A DNA stretch of 63,985 bases, filler included, from Lenisia limosa (Eukaryota; Protista; Breviatea): the NCBI GenBank assembly GCA_001655205.1. It is 6 parts of 6 records of this genome, joined end to end, with 100 filler letters (N's around TTAATTAATTAA, not from the genome) between each part and the next. Parts side by side here need not be neighbours in the genome. Positions count along the whole stretch, not along the records: positions 1 to 27,513 come from LPNZ01010207.1; 5 more parts are not named here. One strand, written 5' to 3'. The translations under genes were made by a program, and so were the position numbers. Below, in pieces: positions 1-12,655 of the stretch. Positions within the stretch are counted from its first letter, which is position 1; each line of letters starts with the position of its first letter. Under the pieces are notes generated by a model that was given only the letters and a program-made list of their open reading frames with translations, was not told where the DNA came from and ran no database searches.

Positions 1-1730
1 AAGGTCTACAAGTGTATCTGCAAGCCTGAATTCCCTACCTGCGGCGATCTTTGCTGTGCTGCTGATGAAGAATGCATTAATGGTGTCTGCAGTGTCCCTC
101 AGATGTTCGAGTGTCCCACTGGCGCGACTCTCTGCGGTCCTTTAGAGAATGAGCTCTGCTGTGCCTACACTGAAGAGTGTCGAAATGATGGTTATGGTCA
201 CAAGTGTGTTGTGCCATTCAAGTGTCCAACTGGAACCACTCTCTGTGGTGCTATTGAACACCAGACTTGCTGCTCAGAAGATCAACTCTGTGAGGACGGC
301 ATCTGTGTTGTTCCTCAGAAGACCTGCCCTACTGGTACTTTTATCTGCGGTCCTGAAGAAAATGAGCTCTGCTGCCGTGAAGCTGACCAAGATTGCAAGC
401 AAGAAGTTCATGGTTACCAAAAGGTCTACAAGTGCGTCTGCAAGCCAGAGCTCCCAACCTGCGGTGATATTTGCTGTGCTATTGGAGAGGAGTGCATTGA
501 CGGTGCTTGCACTGTTCCCCAGAAGACCTGCCCTACTGGTACTTTCTTCTGTGGTCCCGAAGAAAATGAACTCTGCTGCCGTGAGGCTGACCAAGAGTGC
601 AAGCAAGAAACACACGGCTACAACAAGGTCTACAAGTGTATCTGCAAGCCTGAATTCCCTACCTGCGGCGATCTTTGCTGTGCTGCTGATGAAGAATGCA
701 TTAATGGTGTCTGCAGTGTCCCTCAGATGTTCGAGTGTCCCACTGGCGCGACTCTCTGCGGTCCTTTAGAGAATGAGCTCTGCTGTGCCTACACTGAAGA
801 GTGTCGAAATGATGGTTATGGTCACAAGTGTGTTGTGCCATTCAAGTGTCCAACTGGAACCACTCTCTGTGGTGCTATTGAACACCAGACTTGCTGCTCA
901 GAAGGTGAACTCTGTGAGGGCGGCATCTGTGTTGTTCCTCAAAAGACCTGCCCTACAGGTACTGCTCTTTGTGGTCCCGAAGAAAATGAACTCTGCTGCC
1001 GTGAGGCTGACCAAGAGTGCAAGCAAGAAACACACGGCTACAACAAGGTCTACAAGTGTATCTGCAAGCCCGAATTCCCTACCTGCGGCGATCTTTGCTG
1101 TGCTGCTGATGAAGAATGCATTAATGGTGTCTGCAGTGTCCCTCAGATGTTCGAGTGTCCCACTGGCGCGACTCTCTGCGGTCCTTTAGAGAATGAGCTC
1201 TGCTGTGCCTACACTGAAGAGTGTCGAAATGATGGTTATGGTCACAAGTGTGTTGTGCCATTCAAGTGTCCAACTGGAACCACTCTCTGTGGTGCTATTG
1301 AACACCAGACTTGCTGCTCAGAAGATGAACTCTGTGAGGGCGGCGTCTGTGTTGTTCCTCAGAAGACCTGCCCTACAGGTACTGCTCTTTGCGGTCCCGA
1401 AGATAATGAGCTCTGCTGCCGTGAGGCTGACCAAGATTGCAAGCAAGAAGTTCACGGTTATAACAAGGTCTACAAGTGCGTCTGCAAGGCACATTTGATT
1501 GCTTGTGCTGACAACTGCTGCCCTGAGGGTGAGGAGTGCATTGATAACATCTGCACTGTTCCCCAGAAGACCTGCCCTACTGGTACTAGGGTTTGCGGAC
1601 CTGAAGAGAACGAACTCTGCTGCCGTAACGCTGACCAGGATTGCGCATATGTTGACGATGGATATGACAAGGTGTACAAATGCATTTGCAAGGATGAGTT
1701 CCCTACCTGCGGCGACTCTTGCTGCCTTCC
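1..1730 (+). repeat. Hierarchical coding tandem repeat (about 420-nt / 140-aa unit with a 204-nt / 68-aa sub-unit)
   Basis: MFECPTG recurs at 103, 727 and 1147 (spacings 624 and 420 nt). Bases 1-280 appear identical by eye to 625-904. Confidence 0.95.
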
Positions 1731-4655
1731 GGATGAGCAGTGCATCGGAGGCGTGTGTTTACCTCCGCAACAAGTTGGATGGGTGAAAACTGAGTTTTAT
1801 ATACATATATATATCGTTTTGTACATTGTTTTGTATTAGGTTTATGCTGATTACACTCAGACCTGTGAGATGGACGAGGTCCTCTGCGGCGAAACTTGCT
1901 GTCCTATGCACATGGAGTGCACCCATGTTTATGGCGGTGTGTGGGTGCCTGTTATAATCGTTATAATCCCTTACTTTTGTATTTCATGGTTGACGCTATT
2001 CAGAAATAACAAATTTTATGTTGCATTAATCTGATATATCAGTCTATGTCTGCCAGTGCCCTGCCGGCCAGACTCTCTGTGACGGGCTTTGCATTGATAT
2101 CATGTCTGACGATGACAACTGCGGCTCCTGTGGTCTTGCTTGTGAGGACGATTTCGAGTGCAAGAGCGGCATCTGTGGTAAGCTGTGGTTCCTTTGCATT
2201 CTTTTTTCGGATATTTTTGACGACTTAGTCGCTGTTGAACCAGCCGAAATCTGTGAATACATTACAATGCCACCCGAGGAGAGCATGGTAACTGAGGTTT
2301 CTCTCGACCCTGCTTCCGACGTTACCGACGGTCTTCTTCACCTCATCATCTGGCGCAATCTTGTTCAGGACTCTACTCTCGAGAGCGTCACTGTTATGGG
2401 ACTTCAAGGCAATGCCAACCCTGCTGTATGTTGAATTTTTTATGTTTATTTTTTATTATTTTCGGATTCTGGTCCGCTGACAATTTTAGGTCTGCTCCTT
2501 CCCTGGTGACAACTTTACTGAGGAACTTGATGAGACCGTTTGTCTCATGCGCATTGATGCCAAGATTCCCTTCGACCAGGCTCTTTGTAAGCAGGATGGG
2601 GATCATCTGAACTTTTTTCTTTAATAATCCATTTTTACTTTACAAAGCTGAGTGCAAGCTGACCATGGAAATGGATAGCTTGTTCTACACCTACACTGGC
2701 AAGGCGGAGGTGGTCATCAATGTTCCACTTTGGGACGGTGTCCAACGCCGTGTCAAGGTTGTCTTGAAGGTTTGTCAACTGCCATTTAAGTAATTCTGCC
2801 TTTTGTGGTGTTAACACTAATTTCTGCTCTGTCATTCCTTCACTGACTTTAGTTCCACATTGTTCTTCCTAAGCAACTCATTGTTTCGGACACGCTTGAA
2901 GTTGTTGCTCCCTTCGACATGAAGGTTTGAGGGAACTTTTATCCAAGAAAGGATCTGCCAATCTCACAATCTTACCATATAGGCTTACCTTATTGACAAA
3001 TCTTGGACATGGCAGACTGGCCTTGTGACAGTGAAATACCTGACCCGTACAACTGGCCCTTACCGTCTTGCTGTTGGCCCTGCACCTTCGGTATGAGCCG
3101 AGTCCTCTTCAGTATTGTATTAATCCTTCACATTACATTGTGCATCTAATATTCTTTGACTTCATTGATTTGCACATTGACACAACAGGGACCTGATGGA
3201 ATGGCACTTTCCCTTGCTGAAGAAGCTGGAACCGGCTGCGGTGCTGAAGGCGACTGCCAACAGGTCTTTATCCTTACCATCGACCCTGGACAAGTGAGCA
3301 ATCCTCTTTTCCCAGGCGATAGTTGGATTCTTTTGACATTTGTAGCTCTGTTCCTTCGCCGGTACTTATGAAATCCCCTTCAATGTCACATGCCGTATTG
3401 CTGACTGTGGAAACTTGGAGAACATCAACGCCCACATCACTTCTACCCTCATTTCGGACGATTCCCTCTGTGATCATCTCCAGGTTTGTGTGGGCTTCTT
3501 TGTACTCGGTTTTGATTATGCAAACTCTCTGTTTCCATTTCCGGCTCTATTTATGACCTCTTCAGTTTGACGTGGATGTGTCAGCTGAGCTTGATGACGG
3601 ACAAGTCAGCATCTACCAGGAGGATGACACTGCTAGCTTCACCCTGACTGCCTTCTCTGACGAAGTTGCCATCCAAGGACTTGAGCCTCTCCTCATTGAG
3701 ATCAAGCTTCTTCCCGGTATGCCTTCTGTCTTCTCCAAGTGGTTGAAACTGACCAAGTAGATGGTGAGCCTATTGCTCTGTTCACAGAAGTTGGCCCCAC
3801 TGCCATTGCTATTGCCAATGGATGGACTCTCGACCTCAAGGAGCCCGGTCCAACCGATAACATCGAATTTAGCTTCGAGTTGGCATGGCTGTAGATCAAA
3901 TTATTACCAGGTTGATATTTCCAGGGCTGTTTTCCATTTTATTTTGGCTTACTCTTCAGCATCAGCATCGGCGAAGAGGAGAATGACTTGTTCCCTACTC
4001 CTGAGGGCTTCACCTTCAGCTTCCTTGTCACCGTGACTTTCAACATCAAGTATGCCGGACAAGAGCGCACAGTTACCATCGGCCACATCACCACCACCGA
4101 CGACATTGAGGTTTGAACATGGTTTTACCGATGTTTACTTCTTTGATTTGTCCCCGGTTTTCACCCTTCAGGTCATCGTGATCACCAAGGACTTCACCCC
4201 TGACGCCCAACGTGCTTCATGTCCCTCTAGCTGGGTTAGTGGCTATGTCTTTCATTCCATGATCTCATGTCAATATTATTTATGCATTTTGCGGACGGAT
4301 CTGGCCTAATGTATGAATTTCCCATGTTTACATTTCTTAATAACCCCCTTAGGTCAGCCCTTGCACCATTGCCAACGGTGGCTGCGAGCACTGGTGTACC
4401 GCCATTGGCTGCTCTTCCGAGGTGACCTGTGCCAAGCCTCCTGCCGAGAGAGATGAGGGTATGTGGACTTTTCAAGGATGAACTCTCATGAACGTTCATA
4501 ACATTCTCATTCTGTCAGATTCTTCTGGATCTGACATTCCCCTCCTCATTGGAGGTGGATCTGCCTTTGCTGCTATGCTTCTTGTTGGTGGTGCTGTCGC
4601 CCTTCGTCGCAAGCGCGCTAAGCCTGCTGAGCCGACCCCCGAGGTCACCCCCTAA
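1..4655 (+). CDS. Cys-rich tandem-repeat type-I membrane (surface) protein, 5' end outside window, multi-exon
   Basis: An open frame runs from before base 1 to 1773 with repeated CPTG..CG....CC units. Spliced exons (1861-1936, 2043-2177, 2229-2425, ...) give a STIG1-like motif (CPAGQTLCDGLCIDIMSDDDNCGSCGLACEDDFECKSGIC), a beta-rich region and an EGF-like stretch (PCTIANGGCEHWC). These are followed by a hydrophobic TM (IPLLIGGGSAFAAMLLVGGAVAL), a basic stop-transfer RRKRAK and TAA at 4653-4655. Confidence 0.85.
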
Positions 4656-4839
4656 ACAACTTGTGACTTGTGGTTAGTCTGTGTGAGTGTGGCTAGGTTC
4701 TGATTTCAGGTCTGATTTGAAAATTATATATGGTGTACAGTACTGGCCAATTTTGGTTTTTCAAGTGTACACTTTCATTCCATAAGAAACAAGAGAAAAA
4801 AAACAAAGAATATGGAGGGAAAATCTATCGTGACAAACG

Positions 4840-6407
4840 TTACATTTCCTCAGGAACAACATCAACAGCATAGTCAAGCTAAATAGGTCAAAATAATCTA
4901 TTAATCAATCACTTATTCAATCGCTACCCCCTCACAAAAGCAACCGCTCTTTGAGTGATGTTTTGGATATTGTACATATCTTCAAGGGTGCATTCGAAGG
5001 TGATATCTTTGTGTGGCGGCTAAAAAAATTAGTATAGAGGCGCGTTGAGTTGTAAAAGAAAGCAATCTGAGCTCAAACAACATGGGTATTGTTTAAAAAT
5101 ACAAAATCGGTAGGTGAAATGATAATGTACCTCCCTTCCATCATAATATCATGTAGCAAAATGAGGAAGTAATGAGTATGGTACTATAAAGCTGGGTCAT
5201 TTTCCCCCTCTGTCCTTGACAACTTTGCATTGAGTGGCAATGAATACCCACTGCAACCTCAATAATATTTTGTAATCATAATTGTTAATACTGAGATTTA
5301 TGTTATGTGGCATTGCCTTTCTTTCTGCGATGATTAATGTGGTTGTTTCTTTGTGTAGTAAACCGCTGGATCTCTATAATCCTAGTTTCAATAGAGACTT
5401 TACTGCAAAAAAAAACAAAACAAGGATTAATAGAACGGGGACATGTCACACATATCACTCATGACTAACTCACCATCATATGTAGCGTCACATGGAAGAT
5501 ATTGGAGTTTATCCTGTCAAGTGTTTTACTACGATGCACGTAATCGTATCGCCAAGCTAAATGAAAGTGAAATTGGCATGCCTTGGCTAAATTCCTTAGA
5601 TGTAATAAGCTGAAACGGGAAAGCACGAAATATCAACACCATCAAGTTAATCAAATAAATCATAATCTCCAGAGTATTCCCCATTTTTTCAAAAATCTTT
5701 TTTCAAAGATTACATTGGCATATGCATAACACGTGTTATTCAAAAAGGCCACAGGGAAGCCCTAATAGTATATCCTCTTACTTAAGTCTAACACGCGAGG
5801 ATTTGTTTGTCCTAAAACAATAAGAGGAAGGTTTACAACATATGCACTATCCAAAACTCTTGCCTACTCAGTCCCAAAAGCTGTTCTCTGATTTGCGGTA
5901 ATATATCTTCCATCGCCGCCATTGCCATCTCTGCCATCTCTTCTGACCATGCACAATTGTCTTGAAGGAAAGTCCTGAAAATGTTATCAGAGGAATTCAG
6001 CCTTTTTCACAATACGAAGAATTTCCATTTGTTGAATATATGTCATACAGTTTGAAAGGACATTGTAATTAAAGATTCCTCACCCTAAACTGGAACTTGC
6101 TGCGTTTTGTCTTGCCACCAAAACAAAGGCTGTGCAAAGGGCAGCGTGAGCCCGTTGCAAAAATGGCCGTTTCTCAGGTTCAAGATTTTTGACTATTTGG
6201 TAAAATTAGAAGGTGGATGAAAAGAAAGAGGGACCTACGCCATTCTGTATTGGTTTTACCGAGGAGATCTTTTCTTGCGACCTTAATTACCATCTAAAAG
6301 GATTATTTCACTAAATTGACAATATAACAAACCTTTATTTCGTCCTCATCGGATTGCGAGAGCTCCTCCAAAACCCCAGTGTGCCTTGAGCATAAATCTA
6401 GTGACAT
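4840..6407 (-). CDS. COMMD3: COMM domain-containing protein 3 (Commander/CCC complex); absent from the ORF track
   Basis: An 8-exon model gives MSLDLCSRH...LQRAHAALCTAFVLVARQNAASSSLGTFLQDNC...PRVLDLTWRYDYVHRSKTLDRINSNIFHVTL...DITFECTLEDMYNIQ...EEM*. This matches the COMMD3 pattern as I recall it (HCHAAAATYILEAGK...STYLEDC; DVSWRLEY; ISFSCSMEQL). All junctions are GT-AG and in frame. Confidence 0.85.
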
Positions 6408-6549
6408 ATTCAGTTTATAGCACTGTTTTTTATAAAGTGTTTATCAGAGAAAGCTTTTGTTTTCAATTTTGAAAAATCAATTGCAAAAAATTACGAATTT
6501 AGACCATATTTAAGTTTTGTGATTATTTTGTTTTAAGCCTTTTTTCAAG
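6408..6549. promoter_or_regulatory. Putative bidirectional promoter (142 bp) between COMMD3 and EIF3H
   Basis: Divergent start codons at 6407 (-) and 6550 (+) with an AT-rich spacer. The regulatory function is inferred. Confidence 0.55.
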
Positions 6550-8365
6550 ATGAAGGCGAACGAACTCGCGTCTATCATCGAAATCGATGCACTTGTAGGC
6601 AGTTAAATCACAAAGAGACACTTTTTGCACATTCTAATTTCTCAGGTTGTGCTCCAAATCGTAAAACATTGCAAGGAACAGCTCCCTACTCTTGTTTCTG
6701 GGCAAATTCTCGGATTGGACTACGATTCTCGCCTTGAAGTGTCTCATTCCTACCCTTTTCCGTTTGTTTCAGCTTTCTGGCCCTATTGTTTTAATTATAC
6801 ATAGATCCACTTCCCAGGATGCAGCTGGTGATGAGTACCAGCTTGAGATGATGCGTTGCTTAAGAGAGGTTAATGTTGATAACAACACTGTTGGATGGTA
6901 TGCGTTTGTGGATTATATGCAGTAGAATCAGATGTTCTGAAGAAAGAAGCAGTATTGTTAATTTTTTTCTTCAGGTATCAATCCACTTACCTTGGTGCCT
7001 ACCTTACTGAGTCTCTTGTTGCCTCTCAGTACAGTTTCCAGTCAGAAATTCCCAATTGCGTGGTTATCGTTTGCGATCCTGTGAGGGGGGGGATTGCTTT
7101 CTAGGTGTACTACCCTTATTTGGATTCCATGGAGTATTATGCTTAAATAATGATTTGGTTAACCTTTTTTAAGCTTCGTGCTAACCAGGGACACCTCTCT
7201 CTCAAGGCTTTCCGCCTAAAGCCTAAGTTCATGAATCAGTTTAAGGAGACTGCTTTCTCACAAGAACAGTAAGAGGGAGAGTCATTGTTCTTTTCCTCGG
7301 TATGGACAGATAGTCAGAGGAATTCATTGGGATGTTTATTTTTTTTATTTTTTTTTTTCGTATATTGTTATTCCGCACCTCTTTCAATCCTCTTTTATCA
7401 CAGCTATGAAGTAAAAGCCGTAGCTGAAGAATACAGAAGAGTTTTTTTTTGAATATTCTTCAAAATGATTACACATATATTCTTTGTAGTTTATCAATGC
7501 TTACCATGTCATAATTTTTCATACCCACGAAAGTCTTAGTTCACTGGAATAACAATTCAATTTTTTCTACTTGTTCACCGCGCCCCCCAGGCTCCAGAAA
7601 GCTCACATGACCTTCCAAGACGTTGTTGAGGAACTCCCCGTCCGTGTCCGCGTCAACTCTCACAGCAAATCCCTCCTTCAGTCCCTTTCTGCCGAATACA
7701 ACCTCACCTCTGAGGTTGGGATGGGTGCTGTTTATGACATGTTTATTAGCAGTGAGTATTTCACATTTTTCGCTATTTTATGCACTATCCATTGGACGCG
7801 ATGCTTAATAACCAATGAAGTCCGACTTCCCCCGCCTGGACCTCTCTGCACAGCCCTTCCTTGAGCGTAACCTCGAGTCTCTTGTCGATTGCATTGACTC
7901 CCTTTCACAAGACCATAACCGTCAACATGTAGGTTGCTATGGGGATTTGCAAACGTTGATTGACCAAAGCAATTTAGTGGTAACTTTTCATCTTCCGCAC
8001 TTCTTTACTTGTTTTATTGTTCCTCTAATCTTCTTAGAACTACGACAGAGCCCTTGCCCGTCAGAAGCAGCTCCAGTCCGCGTTTATGTCACGTCGTCGC
8101 CAAGAAAACGCCGAGAGGAAGGCTCGCGGTGAGCCTCCTCTCCCTGACGACACCTCTTCAAACCCCATCTTCCGTGTCCAGCCTCCTCCTTCTCGTCTCG
8201 GTATGCGGACTTGCATTGGCTGCAACTTGCCTGCCTGACGTCGTTGCTGACCCTTTAGAATCCCTCTTGACTACCAAGCAAGTCTCCGTCTACTGCTCTC
8301 AAATTAACAATTTCGCCTCCGACTCTCTTTCCAGATTATACTTGTCCGAGGCCGTCCAGAACTAA
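6550..8365 (+). CDS. EIF3H: Eukaryotic translation initiation factor 3 subunit H (MPN domain)
   Basis: Spliced translation includes IEIDALVVLQIVKHCKE...[50 protein letters not shown] and PPSRLESLLTTKQVSVYCSQINNF, which are characteristic eIF3h segments. Confidence 0.93.
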
Positions 8366-8655
8366 ATGTTTTGTTGTGAAAATACACAACCCTTTCATTT
8401 CCAACGGCATCTTAAAGGCTTACCCAATTATCATGAATTACTCATCAATATTTTTATTTGACTGGAGTTTCACCTCTTTGATATGTATCAATCTCACACG
8501 CAGGCTAATTCTATGTGGTTCCCTCATGAGTGTCCCCCCCCTCCGCCCTCCTCCCCCCCCACTTTTTTCCCCCCTTCCTTTCGCAACTCACAAAGGCAAT
8601 TTAAGTCTCACTCGAGAGGAGTAGTTGAGTGTAGTTTGTCATCATTCACATCACC

Positions 8656-11484
8656 ATGAGCAAGGATCTATCAGTATGTTCCCATTTATCTTTACAACCC
8701 CAAGACCTTACTTACTCCTGCACTTGTTGTTATCAAGTCTTCTCTGGAGTACAACGTGCAAGTCATGAAACAAATGATGAAGGCTTTCCCGTTGGTTGAA
8801 TGACAGAGTATTTTGAACACCCATCCCCTTCTTGACATTTTAGTAATGTCTCTGTTCGTCCTCACGTTAAAGCGCATAAATCACCACTTTTAGCTCTTGT
8901 TCAGGTGGGGGAATGGTACATATTTGCAGGTATTAGGAAGTATAAATGTACAAAAGCGTTGGGTTGAAGCCCATTACGTTATCCTATCCTAAACCACCCA
9001 ATCATGTCTTAAAACTCCGTCAGCACTTCAATACTTTTGTGCGAATAAATACCTCTTCATTTTTGTGGTATTAATAGTGTTATGATAAAACCAGATAAGC
9101 AGGCGCATTCCGCCTTTATACCGGTATTTGTTACTATAAGTGGGATTGGGCCTCTGAATGATACCCCAGGAAGCTGCTTTCGGAGGTGGAGTTTGTTGTC
9201 AAACGTTTGGAGAGGCCTTGAGCATGGTCAGAAATGATGAGCCAATCAAGGATGTTCTGATTGCAAATGAGGTATGACAACGCAATTGGATATGAGTATT
9301 CCTGCTGACTTGTAAGATTGTCAACAAGGAGGCTCTGAAGCAGATTGCAATGTCATCAAAGTCTCAGAACCTTTCCATCTGCGTTGACTCTGAGTATGGA
9401 ATTGACCTCCTCAGCGAGGTCTGATGGAAGGGCTGTTTTATTTGGATTGTTTTTTGGGTTTCATATACATATTCAACATCTGCATTTACCTTCCTTTTGA
9501 ATAGGCATTCACGGAGAGTAACAAGGAAATTGATATTGTTGTTGAAGTTAACGCTGGTCAAAATCGATGTGGGGTGGAGAGTGGTGCCGCAGCCGCTAGC
9601 CTTGCCAAATACGTCACCTCTAAAATGGGACTCAACTTTAAGGGAATCCAGTGCTACAACGGGTTGGTTTAGTTTAAATTCTGCTACCGTTTCTTTCCAT
9701 GAGTCTTTGTTAACTCCAGTAGTATTAACCAACATGTTTATGATCATGAAGAGCGTCATAAGGCTGTTCTCAAGGTATGGATGGCTGTTTGTTTCAAATA
9801 ATTATGTGTGTGATGATTCAAAAACTACTTTCCAAAAGAAACTATGACAAATATTTAGGTATCTGAAATTGCTAAAGATGCAAAAGCTGCAATCGAAGAG
9901 GCTGGAATTCCATGTAACTATGTCACAGGTTGGGTTTTATGGTAATTATTGAACAGTATACTCATATTTAATATTTTTTTAGTATGATAATTATACTATA
10001 TCAAATCAATATTACACTTCTTCTCAACCAGTTACAGGTGGTGGTACCGGAACTTTTGAATTTGAAGCAGCAAGTGGAGTGTTCACAGAGATTCAGCCGG
10101 TGAGACTTGCTCTATTGTTTTCAATGTGAATGCAGTCATAGTGTTGACCATCTAGGGAAGCTTTATTTTCATGGATGTGGACTACAACAATGTGAAGACA
10201 GATAAAGAAAAGCCGCATTTCAAGCAGGTTTGTCGGATACATCCCATATCATATGATGCAGTTTTTCATCGTTGCCGTTTGTATATTCGGTCGGATTTTT
10301 CAAAACATGACTCATTTTTACCCCTCAAAAATGCAATTACGGGTTCCTCGAACATAAGGGCAAAATGTACCTGCAGCAGTAATTCCTGGGGGGGGGGGAT
10401 TACGTTTCTTAAAGGGAGCAGTCCACACTGCAAGTGAGTTAATTAGTTTTCCAAATTGGCAACATGGATTGACCTCAAGAGCTTGGATTAAGCAAGCGTG
10501 TTTTCAGACCGCTTAAAAAATCTCACATTCTGATTTCAGCAAAAATTGAACCTTACAAAAAGGCAGAAAATGGAAAAATGAAACGCTGAGTAAAAAATAT
10601 AACTATAACATTGCTATATATATCATATAGCTATATAATCCGTCATATTTAGCTCCAAGATTACTCAGTGTAAGCGTACCATTCTTACCATTGCTAGAGC
10701 CTTTTCATTGTTTCTTCCGTCATCTCTGTCAGCCCAGGTCGCTTTGTCGTGGATTGTGGTAAGTGTTATATGATATATTATTTTACTTCACAATGCAATA
10801 CTACTTCTGGGCTTTTGTGATTATAAAGAAAAGAGTTCAAAAATGGGAAGTGAAATAAAGTTGATATTCCAGGTACAAAGGACGTGTCTCTTGACTCAGG
10901 ACCCCCCGTTGTTCACAGTGTTATCAACAAGAATGTGAATGTTGAGGTGGAGGGGTTTTCTTTACTTCTACATTCAGAGTGATAACAATTAATAATTGGC
11001 AGTTTGTGCACGTTATTGTTAATTGTGTCTTTTTTGAAGCAGATAATTGAAGAAAACGCGAAACAATCAAAAATTATTTAAAAATTGAAAACTGTTGTAT
11101 AAACTGTCTAGATGATATCTTTTTGATACGTCTTCCTTTTCACGTATTGAGCAATAAACTTGGTTTGATCGCGATTTACCAAAACAGGGAATGAAGTTCA
11201 CCAGTGGAGGAGATAATCATGGAATTGTCCATACCACTGGAGACAGCCCCTCTGTCGGCGACCGGGTTCTTCTAATTCCAGGACATTGTGACCCCACGGT
11301 CAACCTTTATGTAGGGGTAATTGTTCTGTCTCCAGAATATACAAAGATCAATTTCACGCCTTCAGAATAGAATGCATCTTGTTGATGATGATGGTCTTGT
11401 TGTTGAGTCGCCTAAGGTCTGCCCTTCCACAAACATGGTTCATTTCTAATATTACAGATTCATAGATGCCATGATGAGGAGTAA
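8656..11484 (+). CDS. PLP-dependent fold-type III enzyme, D-threonine aldolase / D-serine dehydratase (DSD1-like) family
   Basis: Exons give LTPALVV, VRPHVKAHKS (PLP lysine), GGVCCQTFGEA...DVLIANEIV, IVVEVNAGQNRCGV, GIQCYNG, GGTGTFEFEAASGVFTEIQPGSFIFMDVDY and VVDCGTKDVSLDSG. The 3' end is approximate. Confidence 0.85.
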
Positions 11485-11706
11485 TTTGTGAAAGAATTCA
11501 ATATAAATTGTGTCAACAAACACCCAAGAAATGTTAAATAGCAAGAAACACTTAAGAAGAGACAAGAAAAGTACAGTAAGAAAAAAAGATTCCATGGGAC
11601 CTATTGGATAGATCCTAGATAATAAGGATTTATGAGCTGTGAGAGGCAACTAACCTGTCTTGATACCAGCAGCATCATTGAATTTTGTGATGTCAGACCT
11701 TGATGA

Positions 11707-12655
11707 TCAGAATTGGTGAACAAAGCTTTAAATAATACAAAGCATCATACTCTCTTCTGCTTACCTTTCTTTTGGCATATGAGTCAAGGCACGGATGGGT
11801 TTGAGAAGACGTGTGGTGTGAATTCCGATTTCTCTGCTCATAGGCCCCACCTAAATAGTGAAAATATGGAGAACAACCATTTTCGGATCCATCATTTTGA
11901 TTGCAAACTCACCATTTCATCATCGTCACTATCCTCAAGCATCAAAGCACCAGTGTTGTTCAAAGGGCTTCCGGAGTCAACTAATACTATTAAAGGACAA
12001 TCATTTATATAATGTCAATCAAATGGTATTTTGCTATACTACACCACTTATATCCTACCGCTTTGTGTTGGTTTAGGAGACGGAGAAGAAGTGTTTGAGG
12101 ACCCTCGCCGTGTGGACCTCAGACTTGCTAGTAGTTTTAAGCTATATCACACCAAGATTACAATGATAAACAACAAACCTTTTCTCCAATGAAGTTCAAC
12201 AAATTCTTCATCTAAGCAATGATAAATCATTTTCGAAACAAAAAAATTAATCCCTACCTTCCTTTGTGAACGCCGGATCAGAAGGGCGAATGTTATTTGG
12301 CTTTTCGGGATAATATTGGACTGAAATAATAATTCATCAAGATTTTGTGATGAAAATCACCACCAAGCTCTACTTCACAAAGATTTGTTCCTTTTCCCTC
12401 AGCCATACTTTGGTTTGCGTTTCCAATGTGGTACTCTTTGTTTAATACAAAACTTTGCTTTTCTTTTCGGATTTGTTCGGCCTTATCGTCAGAGCATGAA
12501 CACATGAACAAAAATACAGAAGCACATGCTTACCAAGACAGCATTAGAAAATACACTGTTTCCTCCAGCGGAACGTCGAGTAGATGAAGAAGAAGCTCTA
12601 AAGAGAGGTAAGAAGAAGACAGTGCAGGCTTTGTTCACTTTGAAGGGGAGGGCAT
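11707..12655 (-). CDS. FAM183/CFAP144-like flagellar protein
   Basis: A 9-exon in-frame model gives MPSPSK...NSVFSNAVLAEQIRKEKQSFVLNKEYHIG...YPEKPNN...EDEEFVELHW...MSREIGIHTTRLLKP...SFVHQF*. The spacing resembles FAM183 as I recall it (HQNQILRELFLKE...RKP...QEIGW). Confidence 0.6.

Noticed and set aside
149-1786. Alternative-frame and antisense ORFs in the Cys-rich repeat (149-769, 773-1189, 274-615, etc.)
   Set aside because: They are shadows of the repeated +1 coding frame. The track's 578-aa ORF also reads through into intron 1774-1860.
9364-9759. 131-aa minus-strand ORF as a nested gene
   Set aside because: It is antisense to the EVNAGQNRCGV exon of the PLP enzyme.
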